A program made the position numbers and the translations under genes. A stretch of 64,000 nucleotides of DNA, taken from NCBI GenBank assembly GCA_043228905.1, contig JBHGNT010000009.1:22134001-22198000 (forward strand), given 5' to 3'. Each line of letters starts with the position of its first letter. Position 1 is the first letter of the stretch. Of the stretch, positions 53,101 through 64,000 are shown piece after piece. The notes under the pieces were generated by a model. The model made no database searches. It was not told where the DNA came from and saw only the letters and a program-made list of their open reading frames with translations. Origin of the DNA: Azolla caroliniana. Lineage: Eukaryota; Plantae; Polypodiophyta.

Positions 53101-55334
53101 TGCTTTTTTATTTGAGCATGACCATGCTTTTTTTTCGCCATTTGCATGCTTTACTTTTTCTCTGGCACCTAATGCTAAAAATAAAAAAAACCAACCATAC
53201 CATCCGCCTTCACATTCATGGCTAAGTTGTTTATTAAAGCTTAGGGAGGTAAAGGGAGTTCCCCTGTGGAAGGCTCTTCAAATGGCACAACCCCTACAAT
53301 TATGTGAAGTTTATCAGCTAGTTCACTTGTGTTGGTATTCATTTTTGTTTTTAATGGTATTCGAAACATGACAATGAATGATGTATGCCAATTTTGTTGA
53401 TATATGAACGAAAGATATAAAACCCATATCTTTGGTGTCCCAAATGTGTTAATTTGAAAATTGAGGGAGTATCTTTAGTTTGGAAATGAGATTTCATTGA
53501 AAATTAGATAGGATAGTGTTGTGAGAAGGCCTCTTGATCTACATGAAGACTTGAAGTTGATGGCTCAAGAAGTTTCAGGATTATGTCGAAGTTGTTTTAA
53601 ATAGTTTAACAACAAATATCCCTAAAGTGAGTCTTTTTACATAATGGTTACTCTTGATTTTTTGGGGAAAAAAAGGTTACTCTTGAGTTTTGTTAGAGGC
53701 GATGGTTCTGTGTGAAGTTGAGAGAAATGGATAAAGATGTAGTGCTCAACCAACTCTATAACTCTATGAGGTAAATCTTGGTGGGAATGCAATATAGGCA
53801 TATAATATGTTATTAGGCTTTCTTTTTTGTGTAATGCAATGCAAAAACAAATGAAGTCATTAAAGAGCTTTTCAAGAGGATCAAGATATTACGAGATGTC
53901 GTGAGCAATTTAGATGTCAATCTTCCTTGCTTTCTTGTCTAATAAGGCAATTAAGTGTGCATGAATCTCATGGTTTGACAATTGGATGGTGTAATGGAGG
54001 TAGGCTAAAGTTGCAAAACCATTGAATTTATCGTTTTTGTGGCTTAAAAGTTTCTAAAACAATTGGCTTCTAACACCATCATACAATGATGTTTCCGGGG
54101 GATACTCGAAATGCTAACTATCAGGGACCTTTAGATCAAATGCTAACTATCAAGCTATAAATAATGGATTTGCAAATGGTGGACATAGCCAAAGGTTTAA
54201 TGACTCAAAACAAAATGGTGATAAAACTTCCAATAGAAGAATGCCTTCTTGTTTGCCTCATGTCCCACCATCTTCTTTAGGTGGCTTTGTGTTTAGATGT
54301 TCCAAATAATCTTTGGAGAATTGTAGGACTTATGGAACTTGATACAAATCATGTTTCATCAAACTCAATTGTTAGTAGAAATCTCTTTGTAAACTTAATT
54401 ATAAAATGGGAACCCTTAAAGATACACCTCCCCTTTACATCACGTACAACCCCCAAAAACTGTTATCTTCTTCAATATTCGGTCCTCAATATTTTTGTGT
54501 TGCATCTAATCCATTTCATCTTTCTTCTTTAATATTTGGTTTTTTCTTATTCAATAATGTGTCAACTATCCATATTGATCTCTATTATATATAAAATCTA
54601 TAAGTGAACAAGTAATTAATGTTTTTTTGTATACAACAAATGTGCAAAAACGATGGTATCTCTCGCTCTCTCTCTAATAATCTTATTTTGTATGATGAGC
54701 AACCCGCCAATGATTGTATTGGAGGCCAAATACATGATAATTAAGATAAATTACAATTTAAAAGTCTCAATAAAAAAATATTTTCTTTTGTAAAAATTGT
54801 CACATTGTCGTGTGACACCATTATCAACGCAAAAAACACACATCACTATTGGCGTCACTATGTCGCACAATGACATTACTGAAGTACCACCATTAGGGAC
54901 ATGTTTTTGCGTCACTAACTACATGTTTCATGTTAATGTTCCAAAAGTGATGCATGGAACCATAGAATGAACCATACGTATCATACGTGCATTCACATTC
55001 GAGAATGATTCAATCAAATGTGTATGGTAAATCATCTCAAAGTTGGATTGGATTGACTATGGTCTATATTATATATTGATTCACTCTCAATCCCAATAAG
55101 TGGACTCTAATCCATTGTGAACCACCAACATAAGTATGGTTGGAATATTTGCATTGTATCACATTCATACATTTGGGATGCTTCTTAAGAATCAAGGCAT
55201 CTCTATCCTCCTCACTTTAGAACGTTACAAAAAAATGAGTATGAACTATGGAGATTGAATCAAAATATGTCATTATAAATTATAATCAAACGTTCAAAAA
55301 CTCATAAAACGTATATTCAAGAATATGAAGAAAA

Positions 55335-55695
55335 CTTGACATAGGCAGTAGTAACATTTACCACTAACTAGGGTGAGCTAATTTTTAATAACAAAGAAAG
55401 GAAAAAAAGGAACATGACACTAACATAAAATTTTGCCATGACTTGAAGGTTGACACTAATGAGAGGATATGAGAAAATTGGGAATTGAACCCAAGACCTA
55501 CGCAAAAGTAGGATAACAACTTACTACTAGGTTGAGCTAGTCACTAAAAATAACAAAAGAAATAAAGTAATATAGCACTAATATAAAATATTGCTATGAC
55601 AACACACTAACGAGAGAGAGATGAGAAAATTGGGAATTGAACCCAAGACATAATCAAAAGTGACATGACAACTTATCACTAGGGCAAGCCAATTC
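55335..55695 (-). repeat. Tandem ~150-160-bp units each carrying a tRNA-like A-box/B-box segment
   Basis: Minus strand TAGCTCAACCTAG...GGTCTTGGGTTCAATTCCCA (55540-55479), repeated at ~55690-55631, with a partial copy near 55360-55381. Confidence 0.6.
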
Positions 55696-56699
55696 ATAAT
55701 GGCAATTAATGAAAAAAAATTAGAAGATCAGTATACGTTTTGCCCTTTTCAAACATTTTTATGCTTGCATGAACACGTATATTATTCTATGCATGGAACC
55801 ATAGAACATAATATCCACATTCTTCTTGCTCAAACATTCGTCTGAAAACGAATGCGGATGTTATGAAAACACACTTAATATGTTTTTTCTTACATTTTTT
55901 ATTTTTTCTTCTCACTTTTTTATACAACAAAAAAAAGTTTTACTTTATAGTAAATAATGAATAGAAAAGTATGGTTTTACCAACTTCGATGGTGTTTACC
56001 ATACTCGAATGCGAATGCACGTATGGTTCGTACTATGCATGGAACCATAATTTGACACACGCGTGGTATTCGTGATATTCTCCATGTGTAATATTCTCAA
56101 TATTCGAGAATACGAAATGGCCCCAAGAATATTAAAAAACCATTCGTTTTGCAAAATAAAGATACTCATACAATATTTATTTATTTATTTATTTTACAAA
56201 AAAAAGAACAATTATTCATTAATAGATTATAGTGTCAAGAGAGTTTATTAAACTTATTTTAATTAATCAATTAATTAATTAATTTTTAAAAAACAAATAT
56301 TTTTATATTAATTATACAAATATGATTAATATGAACTTTGAATATATAATTAGTTTGAAGTACTATTTTTAATGTCAAAATAAAAATATCCATAAATTTT
56401 GAGGGAATAAAAAGTGAGAAATTAATGAGCCTTTATTTTATTTTATTTATTTATTAAAAATAAAACGAATACTTATAACTTATAAGTTATACATTTATTA
56501 TAAATATTTAGTATTGTCAAATCCCAAGTCCCTCTTTTATTATCCCTATTTATTGTCAAGTTCCTTTTTTTTATCCTAGGAAATTAAAAGAGACAGTTTT
56601 TTTTTTAGTTAAACGAATACTTGACCACCCATTCGTATTCGTATTCGTTTGCATTCGAATGAGAACCCCGACGAATGTGAATATGTCAATCTATGCATG

Positions 56700-59600
56700 G
56701 AACATTGAATGAAGACACATATGAGGAGAGAGTGAGACAAAGTGCAAGTTCGTTGATTTGGTCAACAATTACATATTGACCAATTCATTGATAATCCAAG
56801 TTGTTGAAAGGCTTCTAGTTTTTACATTCCTTTGTAAGAGCAATACGTGATCTTCAACTAGAAACTTAAGTGCTTTTGGTGAGGAGTTGAGACGATGTAT
56901 GTCTACAACTTTGTTGTGTGTAGCTTGGGCATCATGTAAATGGTGACAAAGAGTAACCTTGGAGTCAAATTAGACGATCCTCCGCAACAAGTTTTTGGAT
57001 GTTCAAGCATTATCCGATGGGGATGACATCCCATGTTGGCAAAGAAGGGAGTAATTTTGGTAGAAGAATGAACAAATTATTGTAAGCAAACTCCACAAAG
57101 TACAAACAGTCAACCCAATCATCCTGAATGGAAAGTGATTAAATATGGTTTGTGATAGGACACTTATGAGTGTAAAATCGTATGCATTACCTTCTCGACT
57201 AAAGGACTTGATTGGATCAACATGAATCAAAATAGGGATAAATGTAAATGCATCACTTTGTTAGGATCCAACCAGCCACAACCGGTTATTACGTGTGTAA
57301 GTGTGGGTGCAAAAACGAAGTGACAAAAATAACAAAAGACGAAAAATAGAAGTACAGAGACATAGGTATTTTTACATGGAAAATCCTAATAGGGAAAAAC
57401 CACGGGAGTTCACAAACTCCAAACTATTACTATATGCAGGAGGAATACAAATAAGAAACTCTAAGGCAACTACCTTGAGTTCTTCTTCGTTAGACGACAG
57501 TTACAACAGAGTTACTACACTCTCTCACTCTCCTACACACACTCTAGTTATAGAGGCAACAACTCACTATAACTTTTCACAACAATGATAATCACCTTTG
57601 CCTAACTACTTGCCCTAAAGATATTTATACTCATATACACAATATGAGCTATTTACAAATATTGCCTTGAGTCAGCTTCAACCGATTCGACTATTAGCCG
57701 AATCGATTTTCAATCAATTGATTCGGCCGATCTCTCCATCCGGAGGGATTTAGTTTCCTAACAAACTCCCCCTTCACTTCGACATGAGGTGCCTCATCAA
57801 CCCGACTTGTCTACAACACGCATCCAACTTCTCTGCCGACAACACTTTCATCAACATGTCCGATCCGTTCTCTGTTGTGTGGATCTTTATCAAAGCAAAC
57901 TCCTTTTCTTCTACCCATTTAGAATATACCACAAAATAATTCTAGAATATACTAATGACTAGAATATTCTCGAATGTACTATACACTAGACTCTACAATA
58001 TATATAAGTTCACAATCAAACATGGACAGTTCACAAGAGTTTCCATATGGTTAACACATCACAATGTACTCTGTGTGTTAAAAGTTAGAGGTTTGAGTCT
58101 AGAATATGACAAATACCTCGTCGGCCAGAGGTACTTCCAGAGATGTGGTTTGGTTTATCAGCCCTTGGAAAGCATTTAGATGCTCCGCCATGCCGGAGCC
58201 ATCTTGATATCGGAGTCTCACAATGTTCCGGAATACTAAGACTCCGTTGACGACATTTTTGTTTTTAAACATGTCACGACGATCTTCTTCCATTGGGTGT
58301 TCGCCTTGGTCTCTTCATTAAAGTTGTTGTATAGACTCATGTCTATAAAGCACCTAATGTATACCTTCATCTTTGTATGCATAACCTCCTAGGTTGACGC
58401 ATCAAACTTGTTTGGTCTTTTATCTCTGAACTGCATTGGTATCCATAGATCTTTACACACGAGCATATCCCACATCTTCGACTTCCACACTGAGTAGTTG
58501 GAGCCGGTTAACTTGGACATTCCACCAAAATGTTCATCCATTGCTTTGATACCAGTTATTACGTGTGCAAATGCGGGTGCAAAAATGAAGTGACAGAAAT
58601 AACAAAGGACAAAAAATATAAATATAGAGACACAAGTATTTTTTCGTGGAAAACCCTAATAGGAAAAGCCATGAGAGTTCACAAAGTCCAAACTATCACT
58701 ATATGCAAGAGGAATACAAATAAGAAACTCTAAGACAACTACCTTGAGTTCTTCTTCGTCAGATGACAGTTACTACACTCTCTCGCTCTCCTACACACAC
58801 ACACATTCTCTCTCTCCCTCTAGTTATAGAGGCAACAACTCATTATAACTTTTCACAATTACTATGATAATCACCTTTATCTAACTACTTGTCCTAAAAT
58901 ATTTATACTCATATATACAATATGATCTATTTACAAATATAGCCTTGAGTCGGCTTCAACCAATTCGATTATTAGCCAAATTGATTTTCAATCAATTGTC
59001 GATTAGTCGATTTTTGGCCTCGACCGAGTTAGCCATCAACTGATTCGGCTTATCTCTCCATATGAAGGGACCAATTTCCTAACACACTCTTAAGCTTTCA
59101 AATTCCTCGATGGCACTTGTAGTTCATGTAAATGGTTGGTTCTTTTGGGTTAATTTTGTAAGAGGTAGAACCATCATTTAGTAATTCATGATGAATTTAT
59201 GGTAAACATTTGCAAACCTTAGGAAACATTGGACTTCATGCAAATTAGTTTGTGTTGTTTGCAAGCCTATAATAGTCTATACTTTTGTTGGATCTTTAGA
59301 GATTCCTTCGGATGAGATTATTGTACCCTAGAAATTTCACTTGGTTGTGATTAAAAGTACATTTCGCGAGTTTGGCAGGGAGGTCAAGTTCTCTTAATTG
59401 TGAAGGAACTCGGTGAATATGCTCATCATGCTCCTCTTGAGTCTTGAAAAGATTGAGATGACATCTAGATAAATTATCGTGAATATATCCAAGCTCGAAA
59501 AATGACATAATTGGCCACATGTTGAAAAACCATTTGCACATTTATTAGACCGAAAAGGCATCATTGTATGCTCAAAATGTCCATATTGAACAAGATTATA

Positions 59601-60200
59601 TAATTGGCTTGATTGTCAAGGTTTGCAAAGTATTTGGCTTCAAACACTTCAAAAGATTTAAGTTTGAAAGCAAGGCATTCCTATCTTGAATTGTGATAAC
59701 CTTGTTTAATCCTCAATAATCTACGTCCAAGTGAACTAATTTTCTTCTTAACAAAGAAGATTAGTGCACCAACAAAAGATTTGGAATGTTGAATGAATCC
59801 ATTTGCCAAATTCTCATTGATATAGGGTCGAGGAACCTTGAACTTTGCTTATAAATTGGTTCCTTGGATAGATCTTTACTTGGTTGAAGATAAAAAGACA
59901 ATTGTAAGGTCAATATTCTAGTACCATATTAATGTTGTCCTTATTGAAGATATGTATTTCACAATAGCATATACAACAAACATTCGCCAATGCAAATACC
60001 CAAATCCCCTTGAGGCATGACTTGTTGAGCAACGACCCTTCCACTCGGCACCATCGACTTTATCAATCATGACTACCCGTAATCTCTTGATACTTTATTG
60101 GAAGTAAGTATTTGGCTTTTGTGGACTCGGGGTTCACATCGTTATTACCACAATAGAAACATTTCTTCTTTTCGTCCTTCAATGCATAACTTTTACATAA
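56700..60200 (-). mobile_element. Heavily decayed Ty3/gypsy pol relic, interrupted by a copia derivative
   Basis: RT-like remnants EEHDEHIHRV...LPAKLAKCTFNHNQVKFLGY (59296-59541) and FIQHSKSFVGALIFFVKKK (~59745-59800); boundaries approximate. Confidence 0.6.
57259..59084 (-). mobile_element. Internally deleted non-autonomous Ty1/copia element
   Basis: LTRs 57259-57763 (TGTTAGGA...TCCTAACA) and ~58555-59084; near-TSD CACTT/CACTC; Met PBS TGGTATCAAAGC (58543-58554); PPT GGGGGAG; interior keeps only the gag N-terminus (KLTGSNYSVWKSKM) and the RNase H C-terminus (KIHTTENGSDMLMK). Confidence 0.87.
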
Positions 60201-63200
60201 TTTCTTTTTGAGATCTCACAATGCAGTGGACTTGTGTTTGAAGCGATAGGGAAGTCATGTATATGGATTTTTTGGGATTCTAAGGGAAAAAAAAACCTCG
60301 ATGCTATGTCATGAAGCATACTCTAAGAGTCTAATGTATCTATAGAATTAACTATGATTCCATAATATCATGAATGTAGTGTTTAGTTCACTCGCCTTTT
60401 AAGTGTTAGGTTAAATAAAATGTGTTGTTGCTCAAGTGGCCAAAAGGTTCAATCTCCAACATATTTCCATTCTTCTTGTGTAACACATTCTATACATGCA
60501 TATATTTGATCCATAAAAATCATGAAACTCATATGTCTTACTTTGAGATTGTGAGGAATGATAGTTTTAGTTAGCGTCCATTCAAATGGTGAATCACTCA
60601 AATGTGACGTGTTTTTTTTAGAAGTTTGTTCCTTAGTTATACTATTCCGTATGTCTGGTCTTCCACTTTGTTATGGTTAATTTAAAAGTATTAATGGCGT
60701 GTTGCACCTTCTTATTCATCATATCTTATGTTGTAAATTGCCTACTCCTATTGAAGGCCACCCCTATCACTTTTGGCAATCAATTCATCCACTTTGCACT
60801 AATAATCCTCTATGATGCAATAATGGGATCCATATACAAGCAAAAGGTAACCAATTTTGTTTGAAAATATATGCATTACATTGCATCAACCATATAATAT
60901 GTGGAACAATAGACATCTTGGTCAATCACAACTTCACTCAACAAACTGATATTATCTAATCAATGTGTATTATGTCTATGTCAATGTTCCCACTATCAAA
61001 ATGCTTGAGTTTCTTGATCAATCTAAGGCAATCTTCAATTCAATTTCTCAAAGAATAACAACTTTATTATGCAAACTAGTATATTAGTTAATGTGTGCAT
61101 ATTATGTAGATGTACTCATTGTCTTGATATTGACAAAAAAAATAAATCGTGAATATCTTTTATACTGTAAGGCTATCTTCTATGCAAAGATAATCAACTT
61201 CTATAGAATTGACAACATGTCGAACATGTGGTCAAAATTGATGATGTGTGTTCTTCACGCCATTAAAAACAAACATTGACAATGAGAAAACAAACGTGGG
61301 AGTGAAAATTTTATGTTTGTGGTTGCCTTCCTTCCATATCGAGACAATCATCGCAAACTAAAGGATCCTATGAACAAATCTACTTGATTCCCTAATCTCA
61401 TTTTCATGCAAGGGATCACCTTTTTTTTTTCTAACAATGGTTTATATTATGTCTAAAGTGATTTAAATGATTCGTGGACACTTCTAAATGTTCTTAACAA
61501 CTTCATCATGGAATTTTTTGACCTTTTTCAACTACTCTTAGGCTGCCACATACATTCATTAGTGCACCACATTTTGCATACATATCTACCTTTTGACCTC
61601 CATTTATAAATAAAGGAATTACCATATGATTTTTTTTTATATCATTGAGAAACAGATAAAGAACGTTTTATGGTGTGTCCGATGAAGTTAGTTTATAATC
61701 GAAGCAACTCATAGTTCACAAGTATCCAAGCCAAAACATGTATTGGAACGTTCAACAGACAATAGGCCTCTAATTCTCCCCTCGAGTACGAGAACTTACA
61801 TTTAAGTTCAGAACCACAACCAAGCAAATTTAAGCTTCTAACTTGATCAATCGTTGTCGACCAACTTTATAATTAATGGGCAAGTAGAACATATTTATTT
61901 GAATAGCAAATTTAATTCAAATAATAGTAAAAAACAATTGTATATGTAAATATTTATTTATGCAAGTAAAAAGTAAAATCGCAGAGACGTTTCTTGTTGT
62001 TATCATTTGTCAATGTTAACATCAAGGGACAATATGTGTCTTGAGGGATCGAACCAAAGCTTTCCTTGGTTCAAGGAAAGCTATCCTTCAACTGATAAAA
62101 ACTTGAAATAGAGCTTTTCTCGAACCAGAGTAGCATTCTTGGTTCAATGAGATTAATTATATTTCTATTTATTTAATTAAATTTTTTTTCTATAAAAATT
62201 TCTTGATTTTGTCTTTTTTAGTAGAACGTCGACCGGTGGACGAGATGCCGACCTTGATTGGCATAACATGTTCGAATACAGTCATCCAAAAGTTGAAATT
62301 CGCTACATATCTTCCTACTCGGAGCTCGGAATCACCTTATCAAAATTCTACACGTTCCTTGAAGTGACCCTTTTGTGTCAGTGTTACGAACCCTTCAGAT
62401 TGAAGCTTGGAGTTTGTCTTTTGTTAAATTAAATGGAATTTACTCGTCAAATTGCAAGCACACCGTGCTTAGATTTTTTGAGCCAAAAAATCCATCGCGA
62501 CCCTCATTCGATCACAAATTCACTCAAAACAATAGGTCTACGATAAATATAATTTTTGTAGGTATTAAATTACTGTATCACATCAAGTGTTTGAGATATT
62601 GAATGAGATGCAAATGAGATGAAATCTCAAGCTTGTTACAAAGCGATTTATGTGGCAAATAGCTAAGTAGAGGCAATATTAGATCACGGAGAAGAGCTTT
62701 GGGAAGAAATCCTCGCATTTCGGTGCAATGACCACGTCACCTTTTATCATTTTTGGTCAGGCACACCCTCTTGATTCACAACTCTAAGCTCAATCAGAAT
62801 TTCAGCAATCGCTTTTGCCTTGTAGAATAATCAATCCTTAACAATGAGCTCTCTTGTCCCTTTCATGGGGTCTTGGAGCTCTAAGTGCAAATAAAATATA
62901 GTATTCCCCTCTTTTAGCATGCACCTTACTTTTTTGCCTGTTGCGTGCACTTATAATTATATTCCTATGGTGCCTAGTGTGAGCAAAATGTCAATCATCT
63001 TGTCCATCCATTCATAGTGCCTTCATTTGACCAACTAAACTCTACATATTCCTTTTGTGGTTTTGTTAGTGGTTTAAATCCCGTCTAGACAACAAAAGGA
63101 ATATGTGGACGAGTTAGTCAAATAAAGGCAATGTCTTTTTATTGTCTTGACGATTATCCTGTCACATCTCTTTCTAGTCATACCTTGATCCTAACCTTCA

Positions 63201-63343
63201 ATCCTTCGTAGTCTAGAGTTTCGATGCTTTTCTTCTCATGAGCACAACACGATAAAAGATTTTAATTTTATGAAGTAATTCTCTTCTAAACAATTAATAG
63301 GGGAAACTCTGATATTTTCCTACTATAACTCGTAATGGTCGTT

Positions 63344-63725
63344 GTTCTAATGCATTTGAAGTCAGATTATAGAGTTATGGCCCATGGGGTACCTAAAATA
63401 CACATCTAGCTATGGTTTAAACATATAAACGATCCCAACCCGAAAGATCCAACCAAATCACCTTGTGAAAGGAGGGTTATGGTTACGGGGCTCTTCCTCG
63501 ACAATGCAACATACGACACACAACTTATGAAGAATCACTTTAGCATTGACCCTGCTCTAATGCAGCATTTGAAGTCATTTTAGAGAGTTACGGTGTACCT
63601 AAAACACACATCTAACTATGGTTTAAACATATAAGCAATCCCAATCTGAAAGATCCAATCAAATCACCCCGAAAAGGTGGGCTATGGTTGCGGGGATCTA
63701 TCCCCAAGGAACTCCCCGACGATGC
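63344..63725. repeat. ~210-bp tandem duplication
   Basis: ctaatgca..tttgaagtca...tacctaaaa.acacatcta.ctatggtttaaacatataa...gaaagatccaa.caaatcacc twice. Confidence 0.8.
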
Positions 63726-63859
63726 CACATACCCCCCCAATACAATCCAAGATCTTGTCGTGCGGACGATCATATCATTGTATAAGCTCGATGAAAATGA
63801 ATCGAGAAATGCAATGAGGGACAGAATGATGCGGCCACAAGAATCCGAAGCAAATCTCT

Positions 63860-63971
63860 TAGGCCTAATGGGCCAAAGCCTAATGGGGCAAGGCGTAATG
63901 GGCTAAGCCTAATGGGCCAAAGCCTAATGGGTCAAGGGCCAAGGCCCAATGGGCTAAGCCTGATATGGGCG
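63860..63971. repeat. Short tandem motif array (GCCTAATGGGC-like), possibly a DNA-transposon subterminal repeat
   Basis: About 6-7 copies of gcctaatggg(c) variants near the window end. Confidence 0.65.
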
Positions 63972-64000
63972 GTTATTGTGAGTGAGCTTTTTACCTGTCA

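Noticed and set aside
50400-54600. Possible transposase or LTR relics
   Set aside because: Only short ORFs with no recognisable motifs; element ends not definable by eye
55479-55540. Functional tRNA gene
   Set aside because: A/B boxes present but acceptor and anticodon stems do not pair convincingly
60300-63300. Possible old TE relic and an isolated B-box (GGTTCGATCCC, minus, ~62044-62054)
   Set aside because: No matching A-box or cloverleaf and no diagnostic protein motif
63860-63971. Short repeat array as possible CRISPR
   Set aside because: No unique spacers, eukaryotic context, no cas genes

Overview
Eukaryotic land-plant nuclear DNA (intron-rich, AT-rich intergenic; TE content suggests a non-seed plant, which is only an inference). 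There are four host genes: an intronless calmodulin-like gene (+, 64-1116), a trihelix/SANT-Myb transcription factor (+, 31264-34118), an RFI2-like RING-H2 E3 ligase (-, 35594-39891) and an AIM1-type peroxisomal multifunctional beta-oxidation enzyme (-, 42673-47850). Positions 7535-27621 form a four-level nest of retroelements. A decayed chromovirus contains a non-coding LTR element and a decayed Ty1/copia. The copia 5' LTR holds a ~445-bp (TATC)n-tailed insert, which in turn holds a very young, GC-rich, near-intact Ty3/gypsy element (16715-24013). That element has a tRNA-Trp PBS, a 4-bp TSD, DHG protease and FLDD RT motifs, and a G_GAU_UUU + pseudoknot -1 frameshift signal between protease and RT that sits just behind an in-frame UGA. 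The rest holds a LINE remnant, a solo LTR, a hAT-like MITE, a deleted copia in a gypsy relic, tandem tRNA-like units, microsatellites and many 100-300 bp tandem duplications. All calls were made by eye; no searches were run.
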